DNA of 64,000 nucleotides from Marsupella aquatica (lineage: Eukaryota > Plantae > Marchantiophyta): contig OZ316894.1 of the NCBI GenBank assembly GCA_973895155.1, forward strand, positions 2,930,457 through 2,994,456, in the 5' to 3' direction. Below are positions 37,714 through 52,449 of this stretch, piece by piece (the stretch's first letter is position 1; every line of letters begins with the position of its first letter). Below the pieces are notes generated by a model. It was given only the letters and a program-made list of their open reading frames with translations, was not told where the DNA came from and did no database searches. The translations under genes were made by a program, and so were the position numbers.

Positions 37714-40700
37714 CATTAATACTTGAGGGGATCGATCAGCACTGCATTCCGTGCTGTAAATCGTCCCTATCCTTGGTTCTACACTCACTCACTGGGACCT
37801 TCCTCATGAGCTTCCAGCAGTCGGGTTTGATTATCTGCTTCCACAGTACGTACATCATCCAGTGAGCTTTCTTGTGCATGTCACACTACGTACAGTCCAC
37901 AACAACGTTGATTTCTGTGAAACTCACCATTGTGAACAAGAACACTACTAACCAGGTAGCTGCTACGTACTAGGTAGTCCCTGGATCTCCGTGGATCTAC
38001 CTCTTGAATCTATGCTTTCTCGGTGAAGAACGCACTTCAATCATGAACATCCTCAGAACTTTCAGACTCTTTCAAACAGTTGGCACGTTGGTAGATGAGT
38101 TCAGTCTTCTTTTGCAAGACTGTCGTTCACATCTGTAACGTCCGCTGTAAGTCATGACATCCTGCAGGGAAGGAGCTTGCTTGGCAGCATATCACGTTTT
38201 TTTTCTCAGAATTAATGAAGAGAATTTTTCCTTCCCAATCATGGACCACGATCTAAAAGCTCATCGTAGTTGTCTGGCTTCCTTTTGTCGTGCAAAGGCC
38301 ACATATGCCCCTTTCCGCTCTATCGGCAGCGTAATTGCAGATGCCTCCTCTTAGGACGACCAAAGACCACCTGTCGATCCAGCTACGCAACATAATTATC
38401 TTTTCCCTTCATCTGTGAATGACATGAGGGCATCTTCTTTACCAACAGGACCAGGTAAAGGCTATTCCTCGTTAATAACAATGATCAGATCGAGAAAGAA
38501 CAGCTGCAAGCAAGCTCAAGTAGGAAGAAATGAGACCTACAAAGTGCCGAACAAAAGTTCAATGGAGTAAAACGCAAAAGAGGTACACAGGAGACAACGA
38601 GTGAAATCAAACGAGAAGGGCAAATGCAAACCCGAAAACCAAGAAAGACGAAAACTAATGGATTAAAGTTAACGCTGCAATAGTGTGATGAAACAGGACA
38701 TGAAACAGTCGAAGATGTCTAGTGACACCAACACACATGACATTTGAACTTTGACTCGGGCCAGGAACACTCCACTGATTGATCTCTGCTACCACAGAGA
38801 CCATGCCATCTGGGTGCACAGAAGTCATTTGGTCTTTGTACACTAAGAAGTGAGGGACATATCTTACCCCGCTTTGCCACGACTAATAGTCCCAACGTGA
38901 AGGTATCAATGCCCACAGTGACTACTCCAGCAAAGATCTGGCACCTGAAAGTGCATGGAAAATGCACAGAACGTATCATTCTTCAAAGGCGCCCTCCCCG
39001 GCACCCTCTTGGATACGAAGACTTTGTTTACTTTTTCAACTCACTTTAATTTGGAGTGAGTGATTGCAATCACTCAATTTATAGTCTCATGTTGCAGTTG
39101 CACCTAACACCACCGCCAGAGTCCCATAAGAGAAGCTAAATAGTTTGGCAGTAAATTATCCAGAAGAAATTATCCAGAATAGTACTGGGGCATCCCTGCC
39201 AGCCCGTAGGGAAATTCCGCCAGGATCAAACTTACACCTGTTCGTCAGAACGATTGGAGAACCCTTGATTTTGTCCACTTCCACACTTAGAATGCCGCAA
39301 ACTAAGTGCCTTTTAATGTGAGGTCTGAATAAGCGAACCCCCCCTCCCCCCCCCCCCCCCCGGCCGTCTCTCTTTTTAGTGCCGGGGTTGGTCCCCCTCC
39401 TTAAAGCTAAAATCAGGGCAAACAAAACCAAACCATTTTATCCCCCCGGCTTGTTGGGGGTGCCCGTCCTGACCCTTTGGGTTTTTTATTCTCTGAAGAA
39501 AAACTCCTCTTCACTGATTTCGTTGAGGGGAAGCCAAAAATGACACTTCTTATCATTTGAACTATATATCTGACAATCATCTGGAAATGGTCTTTTCTCT
39601 GGAGGGAATGATTGGTTGGACAGTCGTGCTTGAATACCTCCTCTGATCCTCTCACACATAGACCGCCCAAAGTACACCATTATGCTTTGAAACAATTTGA
39701 CCACTCATGCGTTAATGATTGTCGTTGAAACCGGTTGGCCTATTCTGTCGACTATTGATTTAGGTTCTGAGTCACCTTGTGACGGCGCTTTTTCTTGGTT
39801 TGGAAAAAACAACGAAATAATGATTATCGTTCTGCTCTACTCTAGTGTATCTACTTTCCGACGCTTTCTCCGTACATTTATATGTTGAATTCGTAAGTTC
39901 CCATTCTTTTGGCCTTGTAAAGAAACTTTTATGACTGAATGAAAACCCTATAGAGGTTTCAAATCATTCCCATTTTCCTGTTTTCAGTTGCCTTTCGTTT
40001 CTAAGAATGAGGAGGCGCACAGATTGAAAAACATTCATGACTAAGGGTTGGAAGCTATATGCCGGGAGCAAATTTTCAAATGTTCGGTTTTCTTTGCTAA
40101 GCGGAAACCAACCCAGCGCAGACCAGGCCATGCAAGTGGCAGGAAGGTTAGGGAAAGGGAAATTAAAGCTTGATTTTATATAACTACGAGAAAAACAAAT
40201 AGTATGTCATGGCCCAGAAGACCAGCAACGGAAGGCAACTGAAACCAGGCCAAGTGCAACACTCAAGTGAATTAAGGGTAGAAACGCTGCAAACTAACTG
40301 ATCCCAAGAGATTGCCTCAACTATGCAAGGGAGAAACTAAATTAATGCATGTCTCGCTTGCCCTGAATAAAGACAATAAAATGTGCTGACAAAGCAGCTT
40401 CCCAATCAAACGATGCTGTTACCCTTGTAAACCTTCTCCGTCTAAATCTTGAACTAAGTCGATCCATGGTCTCATCTTGGTTCTCATATTCTAGCTTGTA
40501 ATTACTTTCCACTACTTCAATTTTAGTTTTTTTAATGTTGGAAATTATTATTATGATTATGATTAGTGTGGGGAGGGAAGGTAAACCAAGATGTCTTCAA
40601 CTGATACTTGTTAGGTCCAAAATTTTATATTTCTGTTTACGCTATCTCACATATGGTGCTAGCAGAAGCCGTTACTCTTGTCAAGGATCACCTGCCTTAT

Positions 40701-43416
40701 ATTTCATACAAGTGAGAGGAGTGTTGTTAGGTCATGAACAGTTGAGCCATGCCTTTTTGAGGTTGGCAATTATCATTGGAGAATGTAATCTTTGTTCCTG
40801 GCATGCACATTGCATTAATAATAACGGAGCTGTATGACTGTTGCTTGCTTGATTCAGCTGGCAATTCGATAGGTCACTATCAATCATTGGACTTAAAGAT
40901 TTCGTCATTGCCTGTTTATGCTCATCACTTTTTGATTGAATTGGTGATTATCGATGAGTTGGGTGACTTGAATTTCGAACCCTGTTCCGATCATCACTGG
41001 AACGAACGAGGAGGATTGCCGATTGCACCTCACATGTACGGGGTGGAGGTTCCATTGGTTGTCTCATGGCTAGAGGAACTGTCGATTCCCTTGTAGTAAC
41101 CAAATAGTGTATTCTTGGTTCCCAGTAGTTGCCCATCCACCATTTCAACTACATTGATTGCTGAAGCATCTGTCTGACAAGAAACCTTCACTTTTTCTAA
41201 ACATCTGACCTTCTACAGTATATGGGGCTTGAGACGTACTGATGTCCCAATTATTCCGCATGTCCACCCGAAGTGACATCAACGACAACGATTTTCTACA
41301 TTGTTTTGCTCACCGCATGACCACGAGACGTACTGTACTCTACTCGACAACGCTTTCATTTATCCAACATAGTTCATATGATAGCGAGAACAAAGCCAAC
41401 TCAGACGTCACTTCAAGTTGTGCATTACTCAGGGGAAAATTATGCGCAGCAACGAAGGTATTTGTTCAAAACACTTCGCACGGTAAATCTTTAGAATGAA
41501 AGTGGTCAGTTGTCAAAGGAAAACAGTCGACCAAGATAGTACCAGAGCTCTTGAACAGACGAGGGCCATTGGGTTATTTCTGCTCTTGACACCAGAATGC
41601 TGTCCAGCTTTCCCGGGGCCAGCGCGGTATGGCGGAGACCAAGATGTGCTTCTGATTCCTTTCATGGACAAGACGACGGCTGTCAACACACATAGTTTCC
41701 AAAATACCAAAATACGTCATGATCTGTCTATGAGGGGCCAGCGTGCAATGCTGAGGCATGTGGGTGGATTCTCATTTTCGATTCTCATTTTCGATTCTCG
41801 TGAAGGATATATAGCACTTCTTCCAAGACTACAACATGTGTGGAATCGAAAAACAGTGACAGTCGTGTTCAATGACAATTCCTGCGTACACATATCACGT
41901 TGTTGGGCGTATGGATATTGTTCATACACAAACTGCGTTCTAATCTTTGTCTATACATACATCGTTCATACAACAATTACGGTCTGATCCTGTCTACATA
42001 TCCTTCAGATTGGACAATCCCTGAGCACGCATATCACATATTTGGGCTACGCAGCTCTTCCTCCTACAACAATTGCGTTATGATCTTCTCTATACATACA
42101 CTATTCATACAACATTGCCTTCTTTCATCCTACGGTCTGATTTTGCTTCTCAAGCTGTCCACAATCTCACCCGCCTTTTGTGGAAAATTTCCGAGACTGA
42201 CCACAACTTGCTAAATCCTTAGGGAAAAGAAAGGTTATTATCGGTGGCGCACCATGTCACCAACAAAATATATTGCAGGGTGAATGAGAATACTAAGTCT
42301 CTCCTCAGTGTAACCTTCTAGTTCTGTTCATACGCTTAAGTCCCTTGTCTGTACACCTCCCATATCTATGAACTGTGCAGCAGAATACAGTAGTCAAGGT
42401 TTCGTTTCAAACCTAGCAATTCTTCTTTGTGAACTTCGCACGTTTCTCCGACTCTGCAGCGAGCTAGACCGAGTATTTCTTGCGTAATGGGCGGAGCACT
42501 TTGTATGAGGTACCATCTCTTTAAAATCTCTTTCTTTGAACACCCGGGTCCGCTGTCTTCAAACTAAGTTCTAAGTAACATCCATAACTTCGACGGATGC
42601 GCTTCCTTCCAGCTGAATTAGAGAGAGGTCCAGTGGCCAGTATCTTCTGCAATGCGAAGTACAAGCTGCACGATCGATCTTCTAATTTGGAAATATGTCA
42701 GAACGCTCACAGACAACTCGTTCGATTTGCAGATGTGGCTCAAGTTATGTGAAAAGCTGCTGTAAGACATGACCTTCCATACCTTAACATTTCCACTCCT
42801 TTTGAGTCCTCTCCACGTGATTGTTCCGCTATCGCTGGATCAAGAAGCGAGCTCAGGAACCAGACTAACAGCATCCCGTCGGGCATATCACACTGAACAA
42901 ACCACGAAGTAGGCGCCCATGTCAAGTGCGAAGTTCACAAGCGAAGGCTGCACAACCGTCAACGAAGCAATCTACATCCCAATTCACAACGCGCTCACGA
43001 TACCATCGGTGTCGTAGACTGGGAACCGAAAGAGAGCTCTACGGCACTCCAAAGCGTCGGACTCCTTGAACAGTTATAACGCACAAGACGTTATTTCAAT
43101 TAGCAATTGTCGAACTAAAGACTACTCGGTGCTCGGTGCTCAAGCACGTACATTCCAACTGGTTAGTGTCATGCAGCCAACTGTTATATGCCACAGATGT
43201 ATAAATGCATGCCGGGATAACTCATTTAGCCTTAACCGACATCGAAAGCACAGTTTATGTCCATAGCCGTTGCGCATAGGAAGATGGCCTCAAATGAAGC
43301 TTTGTCCGGAAAATAGCGAGTGTCAAAACTATCCAAAGTTTCATGGAGCCGACGTACAGTTGTATGCCATAGATACATTAGCAATGCATGCCAGGAAAAC
43401 GCTCTTAATCTTTAAC

Positions 43417-43791
43417 TTAATAGCATAGATAATCTCTACAGACAATGTGCATGGATAGGAAGATGGCCCATACCCATCCTGGAACGAAGGTGAACTTCGT
43501 CAAACCAACGGCCTGTGAACTATCCAAAGTCACAAGCTTTGAGATAACGTCACCAGTGAAGAACACCATGATTTCTCGAAAGGTTGACGCTTTCACCATG
43601 AAATCATTTGAGGCCATCATGAAATCGTCGTCGACCTTTCGTCGATAAATCCGTTTCCTTTTATTTAAGTACGATAAGGCGTGGAGCAGCGAACAACTCA
43701 GAGTGAATTTGAAAGATAATCCCCCGCTTCGCTTGCCCAACAGATACACATCATGGAGGTTAATATCCACAACTCCGAATCGTGACTTCAC
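43417..43791 (-). pseudogene. Possible decayed protein-kinase fragment
   Basis: Open frame NLHDVYL...LLHALSYLNKRKRIYRRK..DFMM...VKASTF...WVWAIFLSM parallels kinase subdomains V-IX but lacks HRD and DFG. Confidence 0.3.
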
Positions 43792-44020
43792 TACATGTAC
43801 TACTATGAATAAGCATAACCAATTTTCAACTTGCCAGAAGCGGAGTCAGATCCCCGAGAAGCCGCAACTCGAGATGCTCAACACGTGGGAAGCCTAGAGT
43901 TCTAGGATGCTAAGCGGAACTACAATCCCGTCACTCCTGAAAGAAGTGAAGGGATCCCTGAGAAACTATTGTTCTGGGGAAAGCGAGAGTCCCATGTGCT
44001 ACGTACTGTAAGACAGACTC

Positions 44021-45082
44021 TCATCCCGCGACAAGGACAGTCGGATCCTCGAGGAACGGCAACTCTAGATGCTCCATTTCTGGGAAAGCTACACTCCTCA
44101 TCATATCGAGGTGATCATAGTCCATTGAGGGTATGTCCCGCCTGACGTGATCTCTCTCATCGTGATGGTAGTGGGAGTCAGAAGAAGTCACATGATCATC
44201 GAAGTTGCCATTAAGAAAACGTTCAGTGTCAAAGACTCCATGCTGATGCTGGTCCGGCAATCTCTTTCGACAGAATTGCCCGTCTAGTCTTGAGAAAGGA
44301 TCTTGGGGACATGCAGGAGCCTTCCATGCTGGGCTGGAGTTCGCAGAGTCCGACTCCTGCGAGTCCTGAGATGCAGAAACCGAAAACTCTCGAGTCATAT
44401 CGCTTGAAGCTACAGTAACCAGACGGTAGTCTTCTTCAAACAGCAGCTCAGGATACCTGGGTGTGAGCTTGTGCTCACTTCTGTCAGTAACACACGACGA
44501 CGTCTCTGAAGATGACAAAGTACTGTTGGCCGCTTGATCCGCCAGTGGGGTCCGGGGGATGACGCTGCTGGATAGGGTATTGCTGTTCCCTGGGAAACGG
44601 CTATCTGGTAAAGAGCTCATCTGCCTTCCATCGCTTCTACCAGATTGCACAACATCATTCCTAATGGATCGATACAAATCTATCTCAGGCACGGCACTGA
44701 GCTCCGGCGTTGTCCTGTAAGGACCCAAGTGCATCTGCGCCTTCACAGCCAAATTCGTGATCCACTCGAGAGCGGGCCTACCTTGAAAGGAACTCGTTCC
44801 AGCGATATCATCAATGTGCGCACTGAATTGTTGACTTGGATACATGAAATTCGTGCGAGCCTTAAGGCCTCTCATAGATAGTGCTGCATTGTCATACGCT
44901 TCCGCAGCTGCCTCAGCCGTGTCGAACGTCCCCAGCCATTTCCTCTCCTTTGTGTTCGGATCGCGAATCTCAGCAGCGAACCGACCCCATGGCCTGCGCC
45001 GCACTCCTCTGTAACGTCCCTCCCGAACCTTTTTTCCCCTCTTCTCCGCTACCTTCTTTGTACTAGTACTTGGCGTCGACAT
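44021..45082 (-). CDS. ERF: AP2/ERF transcription factor, group VIII-b (ESR1/DRN/LEP/PUCHI-like), intronless, 353 aa
   Basis: Single AP2 domain [66 protein letters not shown] and MRG.KARTNF.YP are VIII-b signatures. First ATG at 45082; acidic C-terminus. Confidence 0.95.
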   Translation of the reverse strand: MSTPSTSTKKVAEKRGKKVREGRYRGVRRRPWGRFAAEIRDPNTKERKWLGTFDTAEAAAEAYDNAALSMRGLKARTNFMYPSQQFSAHIDDIAGTSSFQGRPALEWITNLAVKAQMHLGPYRTTPELSAVPEIDLYRSIRNDVVQSGRSDGRQMSSLPDSRFPGNSNTLSSSVIPRTPLADQAANSTLSSSETSSCVTDRSEHKLTPRYPELLFEEDYRLVTVASSDMTREFSVSASQDSQESDSANSSPAWKAPACPQDPFSRLDGQFCRKRLPDQHQHGVFDTERFLNGNFDDHVTSSDSHYHHDERDHVRRDIPSMDYDHLDMMRSVAFPEMEHLELPFLEDPTVLVAG

Positions 45083-46446
45083 TCGATCACCTTGGAAACT
45101 CGATTCAAAGCAAGCCTCAGAGGTCCGGCTCTCGTTACGGCAGTCTTCACAGAAGAGAATCCTTAGAGAAGAGAAGACAAGAAGCACAGAAGAGAATCCT
45201 TAGAAGAAGAGAAGACAAGACGAGAAGACGAGAAGCTAATGTGCAGCTTCGAGGTGCGCAAGACTCTCGTTCAAGAGCTTTCACGCTAGCGAACCGTCTT
45301 CTCTCCTGGAGCGAGAAGACAGGTTCGATCACACCACTGAAATTTTCGAACAGCAGACCTGCAATAAGAACCATCTGATTGGCCTAGCTTTGGTGGCTAT
45401 GAGTCATAATAATTAAGTACTAACTATTCCGACGCCAATGAACTCTCTAGACCCCCCCTTGCAATAGATTCTACTGCTAGCTAGTCGCTCACCTTATACT
45501 CCGCTATAGCACGCTATCGCAGTCATATCCAAGATAGCTTAGCATCTTCAATGACCGTATGTTGATCACTAATGGCTCAAGAATGGGGTTAGCATCTCAA
45601 GGACCGTATGTCACTAACGGCTCAAGAATAGGGGCAGCAGATTGTTAGGAGACAACTTGCCCAGAACCGTATTTTCACACAGTATGAGCCAGTGTGCGTG
45701 CCTCCCATCTGGTAGTCGACGAAATTAGTTTCTCCCCAATTTGGCAATCGCCCATGTGACTGTGTGGCTGGCTTCATCGTATGTCTATTGTTTAAGTTCT
45801 AGATGTTATTCGAGTCCATTGGCCCGGGTTGAGAGCTGTGTGTGGACGTGTGGACCCTTGAACTGAACTGAGAAATGAAAATTTATGCGCCTACGTACAA
45901 CTGTAGAACCGGGTTGCTTGACAGATTTGGCGGGCCACGGTCGGACAGATCACAGATGCAATGCCTGCTACTATCATGCTGAACCTTTTCGACGATTCCT
46001 GGACGGGGCTTCAAACTGGATTTTCCAACCCGCTTACTGAACATAACTGAGGACAAGGCATAGCGATAATGAGGGCGGTGTCTTGAGGACTGGGAATTAT
46101 CTGGGGATGATTGTGATGAACGTGCCATGATAAATGAACCCTTGTTTCGTCTGGAAAGCTATTTTTATCTGAACACTAGCCATACACCTTCATTTTTCAA
46201 ATGTCATTCCGGCTGGAAGCCACCCTGGCCCTACATTTTTCACTGACCATGACATTGGCCTAAAGTTGTCTGTGTTCAATCCATCACTCGCCCCAAAGCT
46301 CACACACTGTTCAAACTACACTAACTCCCCATAGAGTCCTTCTGCCTAGCCATCTCATTTATTTATGTTTAATAACATAACACTATCACTCAACATCACT
46401 TACTATGGATGCTGTCTAATTAACACACAAGATCAATAAAATAAAA

Positions 46447-46655
46447 TAGTTTTGAAATACATTGTCACTAAAGATGTTTGAATTTGCAATAATAAATTTT
46501 TTTTGTATTTACAAAAATGTCACGATTTCTGTATACAGTTCACTTGGTGAACTTGTCATTCATGTACAAAACTATGATATTTTTATAAATATAAAAACAA
46601 ATCATGACAGTATTATCAATTAGAATATCTTTAGTGGCAAAGTACTGAAAAGCTG
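46447..46655. mobile_element. MITE (same family as 10174-10430, opposite orientation)
   Basis: TIRs tagttttgaaatacattgtcactaaagat ... atctttagtggcaaagtactgaaaagctg|TA; AT-rich palindromic body. Confidence 0.75.
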
Positions 46656-49615
46656 TAAAATGTAAAACATAAAAACGCAACCCACAAATGGGATGAAGTC
46701 TGGTTTAATTTAAGTTTATCCATAAATTGTCCAGTAGCTTGATTGACTGAGCAGCTAACATGATACATTACTTGCTCCAAGTAGGTGTCAAGTATCTCAT
46801 TTCTCTCTTCCCAGGTCTAAACCATTGGACTCCTTCTAATGGAGAAGGGAAACCAAGCCTGACCAGAACAGTTGTACAACAAGCAAGAACAAATAGTGTA
46901 CCTGATGCCATTCAGCACCAAACAAAGGGGCATTTTCTGGACATCCAAGAGATGCAGGTGAGTCATTGGTCATTTGACTCAAGTTTGGGGTGCCTTAATG
47001 TTCCAACCAGCAAGACCAACTTCCCCATGTGCAATAGGGGTTGAGATTGCACAAACGCATCCAAGAGTGGTTTTACCCAAGTCACCCCAGAAGTCACCCA
47101 TCTGAGTTCTTGTGTCCACTTTCCTTGGAAAGTTCTTGTGTCCACTTGAGGCACTGCAGTGGAGACGTTGCAAGCAATTCACTTAGGTGCAGCTTTGCAG
47201 TTCAGTTGATAAACATGATCTTGAGGAGAACACCCATGGAATGCAATCAAAAATTGAATTGAAAAATAAAATTGACTGGATCAGCCAGGCCTCCATTTGA
47301 TTCAAGCTTGCCAACCTCTGTAAAGCAAGGCTATGCCTGCTTTTCACTCTCCATTACTTAGTTGTCTGTTTTAGGCTTCAGCTTAACACACCATACTTTT
47401 CTGAGTTTCACCCTTAAGTTTAAATTTACGTCTCTAATGATGCCTCACCTAAGTGATAGAAGATATCATTTAGTAGTACTGTTTGTCTTCTCTTACTCCT
47501 AGTAACATTGTTTCCTCCTACTTTGACATCACCTCCCTGTCATAATATAAACAAAACGAGAGTTCATTGTGATATTGTTATGCAATTTTCCATGAGTCCA
47601 GTACTCACTAAAGGTCTTTACTTCAAGACAATGGCTTAACAGACCCCCTAGGGCAAAGTTGTAACCTTAGCTGAACTCCAAAATTTGCAAATGGCCCAAA
47701 AACCTCTATATGTGGTTTAGCGATCTTGTTCCACTTGTGTACTAACTACACCATTTTTTTATGGTTGTCTCACCTAATCCAACACTGTCTGAGGGCTCCC
47801 CAATTCAGGGGGTAGATTTGGACCGACTGGACAGAACCTCAATGCAAATTGTGTTTTGAATATAATCAAATTTACTATCTTGAATTCATACTACAAAGGC
47901 AGTTGTGCACTCCAAACAGTAGTCTACCTAAAATGTGCATTCTTGAACCATGACTTCTTTTGGTTGATGCACTTGAGAAGCGGCTTACTCTTAGCTATAT
48001 CTTAAATGTGCTGTAGGGCTCTATTAGACTTTGGAATATTTGACAAAGGGTGGCAGCCAGGGAGAAAGCTCAAAGCTTTATATATTGAATTTTACAAGTG
48101 TCCTTTTGTTTCAAAAAACAAAGAGCCTTCCATACCCTGGGCCATTTGTTTTTATCTAGACAACAAACAATAAATTAGAATCCATTGCCATTCATCTTCA
48201 TCTTAATGGAGGAATACAGTTTATTATTAAATCAAATAGCTTGTTCCTAGGTCTAAACAAGTTTTACGCAATCAGTAGTCTCTTCAGTTTACTCTCAACA
48301 GCTTGCTTTGAGCAGCAAGTCAAGTATCTTTATCTCATAGATTCGAATCTGCAGAGTGTCAACAGACATACAACGTACTCACTAAGAGTATTTATTATTG
48401 ATTGCAAGCTCAGGTTGAATCACATAACAAAATCTACTTTCACAAATATGGTTCAACTTGTTTTTCTAACAAAGAAGGGATCTGCTGTACCTCACCCGGT
48501 ACTATTCTCTACAGCAACAGAATCACATGAAGGGTCCCCTAAGGCCAAATAACGTAAGGTTATAGCTCAGGCCCCAAGCATTGCTACCACTGAAAGAGCA
48601 AGAAGAATCATAGCCTTCTCAGGAGCACGGATAAAGGTTGGTTGTTTCCAGATTTCAAAAAACTCTGATTGCATATGACCCCATATCTTGGAGTCCATTG
48701 GCAGACGATCTTTTTCTTCTTCTTAATTTCCATTTTGTTTATTCTTCATGAGCCCCGCGGATGGGGAGAAACTGCAGGCCTGAGAGGCACGTAAGGGAGA
48801 AGAGACCGCAATGGCAGACTATCTTGGTTGTTATCCCGCCTGAGAGATTTTTCAAGCAAAGTATCTGAGTGCCACCTCTACCAAAGCCCGAAGATGTGAT
48901 TGTAATTGTTTTAACCCTAATACAGCTGATTTTAAACTATGGAATACGGTAGCATGGGACAAGCACGCTCTAGTTGCCAACAAGATTAACTACGCAGTTC
49001 ACCGGGAGAGCATACTCTAGTTACCGACAAGATTAATACAGTACATCCTTAGCCTTGAGACACACTGAAAACAAAATAGTTGTTCCTCCCATGAAACTTT
49101 AGGATAAAATAATAAGGTCTAGTTATATAACAATAGCTCATAGTTTTATGTTCCACAAGATGACACGCGACTACCTGGCCTAAATGTTTTGGGCTAGATA
49201 CTCATGAGAACTATTCTCCCATGCTCAACTCAGAAGGAGTGCACGTGGACAAATGAAGAAGTGATAGAATATACAGTCCCAGTGATCTTTATCTGTAATT
49301 CGTGTGGGAGTAAAGTAGATGATGCCTTGAACGGTCGAGGGAAACGACCCACCTGATATTACTTTAAAATATTACTACAATTATGGAAAGCCATTAGATC
49401 TTTCCTGATCTTAAGGACAGCCGTCACACTACAAAGCCGTCTTTGCCAATTGCACCTACACGAGGACTTTAGTGAATTTCGCTTCTTTCTTAATCCGTTT
49501 TTCTTTGTATCATTGACCAGTAACTGGAGGAGCGAAGATTTGGCTAAACTTTCCCAAATAAAATATCACGGTACAGTACGAAATCGCTCAGGGTGAACCA
49601 AAAAGAGAGACTTTC

Positions 49616-49885
49616 TCACCCTAACAAATAATCCATATCAGCATAGATTACAACTTTCATTAGGTCACTAGGTAAGCTCAACAATGATTGGAGACTACCA
49701 GAACCGCCTATATCAAGGCTAGTGAGTGCGGTTAGAGCATGGCTGAGTGAGCCACAACTGTAATTACTTGGTCCCACATTGGAAAGCTTCGTAAGTTGTA
49801 AAGTAACCCATGGGTGATGCAATAATTGCCCAGGTCTCAATTTAATACAGTCTACCATGGATAATTGCAGCATGTATAACTGCAT
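49616..49885 (-). pseudogene. Isolated NLR-type leucine-rich-repeat fragment
   Basis: LTALTSLDIGGSGSLQSLLSLPSDL and LQLSMVDCIKLR fit LxxLxxLxLxxCxxLxxLP. No NB-ARC domain seen nearby. Confidence 0.5.
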
Positions 49886-51838
49886 GTACTACTGCACGGT
49901 GGTCATACAATAGACTCCTTTGTAAAATGCACCACCTTTAAATGTAGGTTGCCCATCACTAAATGAAAAATATACAAGGACACTTCTGCCTTTAAGAGTA
50001 CAGAGACATATATTAATCAATTACCTGTGTTAGAAGCATTTATTGATAAGTGCAATAGATAATTACACATTGTAATTTCATGCACTTATTCAGTCCAATC
50101 GTGCACTAAGAGTATATTCTGGGTATGAGAAGTCTGACCTAACACAACATTTGTGGAAGTGCATAAGCAACTTCATATGCACTTAATACTGGAAAGTGCA
50201 ATATGGAGAAGTGCAAGGCTTGGGTTGTCTTCTGGGGATCCTGCACTTAGATCCTGCACTTAGACACAGTAGACTCTAATAGCAAGCTATGGTTGGCCCA
50301 GGGCCACAAGAACATTCTTCTGCTAGAGTGCTATGGGTGATGCGTACTTTGATTTAAGTTACTGTAGCTACCTTAATTAATGAAAACCCACACCCTGCGC
50401 GTTGGGGTTTTCCAGTTTTCAATAAAAAGATAAAGCTGGCACACAAAATACATGTGCCTTACACTTTTATAAGCTCACTGTGATTGGTCCTAAGTAACCA
50501 TGTCTTGCACTTAAAGGCATGACAACCCGTGCCTCCAAATGATTCAGGGCGGATTCCCCCTCTCTTCTTTCATTTAGGAGACAAAAATGACATACACCTG
50601 TCCAGGAGATTAGTTGATCTCACAGGTCACATCAGCTTAGTTACAAAATGTTGACAATAAGGTCAGTGGGAGTGAATTTTCCCTGTGTACTCATGCCACC
50701 TAGCCTTCCCCTTGGTAAACAAAGGTAAAAGGCATAATGAGAGGAGGAAGGGACTGTAGGGAGGGTTGGACAGAACAGGAAGGGTGGCATCACAGGATAC
50801 GCTGTGAGGACAAAAAACACATTTTTCATTTAGGAGGGAAGCGATTCGAGGAGGACAAGCCGTGTATTGGATTTCCAACTTGGGGGAGGGGAACTCTGTT
50901 GGGGGAAAAGGGATTTGTAATCTTGACTTAATCAAAGCAAAAGAGACTGAAAAAAACTGTCATGTGACAAAGTCCATATAGTGAGATTCTATGTACATAC
51001 AGCCGCTTTCACAAAATGAAACAAAATTCATCCCAGGTATCCAAGGTGAGATGCATCTCCAATTATGGTTACAGTAAAGCTAGCAATATATAACCAGGTT
51101 CTAACATTTGTTGAGCAATGGCTCCCTCAAAGACAAGATGCACATGTGAAACATTCAATGAGCAAATAATCTACATAAGAGATATGTGATTCGCCTCTTG
51201 AATGAAAGGTTATGTTCATGGGAACACACAAGAAAGCATTATTGCATTCTAGGGCCATTGTAGATACCAAGTATATGCAGCACAAACTCTTGCGTCTCTT
51301 AGACAACTATCTAACATTGAGCCTAAGTTTCACTCACAAGCTAACTCCTGCTAGTGCTTATATTAAGAAACATTTTATCTAACCTTGTTCAAGAAATTGA
51401 CAATGGTTACACTAACTATGATATGGACTAATGCTAGTCCGAAGAATAAAATAATACCTGGCACAGGACATGACAAAATCAAACCCTGCATTCAAAAAAC
51501 TAAAATGAGACATTACATGAGCAATTCTTTCACATTTGGCCATACATGTCCTGCTTTGGCCCGTCAGTACAGTTCCTTGTGAAACATACAGATCTGCAAC
51601 CGAGAACAAAGCATTCTATTTGGTGAGGAAGGGCGTCCGGTAGGGAAGGAAGCACTGCAAACTTGCAACTTCTCACAATAGTCTTAAAAACTCTTAACTG
51701 CATGGTACGACTTGAGTACTACAGGCCTTTCACTTCATTCTCAAGGGAATCAAGATCGGGAGAAGAAGCAAGCAAAAAAAATCTCTTTTTTTGCGCTGCG
51801 GCATTTTCACATGATAATTTTGCTAAACTCTAGGGCAC

Positions 51839-52259
51839 TGTTGAGCATAGACGACGATCGCAACGGCAAGCCCATGAACCATCCAACGCACAATAGTCGA
51901 CACAAGAGATACGTGGTTCACCTCCTTGAGGCTACGTCCACGGGAACACACAAGAGAGCTTTACTGAACTCTAAGCCTGTTGGCTATACCGAGTCTCCAC
52001 AGTGTAAGCTCTCCCTATCTCTCAAGTGGCTCCATAACAATGAGCCTTGGTTCTACCTCTCCAAGCACACATGCCTCTTATGATATAGTGTGTAACTTAG
52101 TTGTACCTAACCACATAGTTGTACCTAATCACGTAGTTGTACCTAATCACGTAGTTGTACCTAACCACGTAATTGTACCTAACCACGTAGTTGTACCAAC
52201 CCACGTTGTTGTACCAACCACGTCATACCTAACCTAGACGTAAGAGTAAATACCCAATA
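51839..52259 (-). repeat. 3' LTR of copia element 2
   Basis: Matches 57931-58351; contains an 18-bp tandem array. Confidence 0.97.
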
Positions 52260-52449
52260 ATCTTCCCCTTGACTCTGGTCTAGGGGAGAGTAATACTGCC
52301 AATGTATATGATCCCTCAGCGGGAAGTTCTGGACAAAAACCAAACCGGTTTCCCTCTCTAACTAGAGCAAACCAAAACTAAGCCGTAGCCTAATACATAG
52401 GAATGAGGAAGAGCATATATCAGTAATTACAATGAATGTTAAGAAAACT

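Noticed and set aside
38000-38950. Minus-strand splice-like signals
   Set aside because: No coherent reading frame or recognisable product; could be a lncRNA or chance.
39337-39480. Poly-C tract and adjacent homopolymer-rich sequence (also poly-G at 35272-35285) as G-quadruplex elements
   Set aside because: May be low-quality consensus next to homopolymers; no supporting context.
45083-45187. N-terminal extension of the ERF
   Set aside because: Starts at a non-ATG codon in a CT-rich, partly duplicated 5'UTR.
45649-45654. Auxin-response element TGTCTC upstream of the ERF
   Set aside because: A single hexamer is expected by chance.
46700-48600. Possible L1 remnants (also 60600-61400)
   Set aside because: Motifs too degraded to assign by eye.
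51980-52237. ORF with VVPNHV repeats (also 58072-58329)
   Set aside because: Translation of the 18-bp LTR array; non-ATG start.
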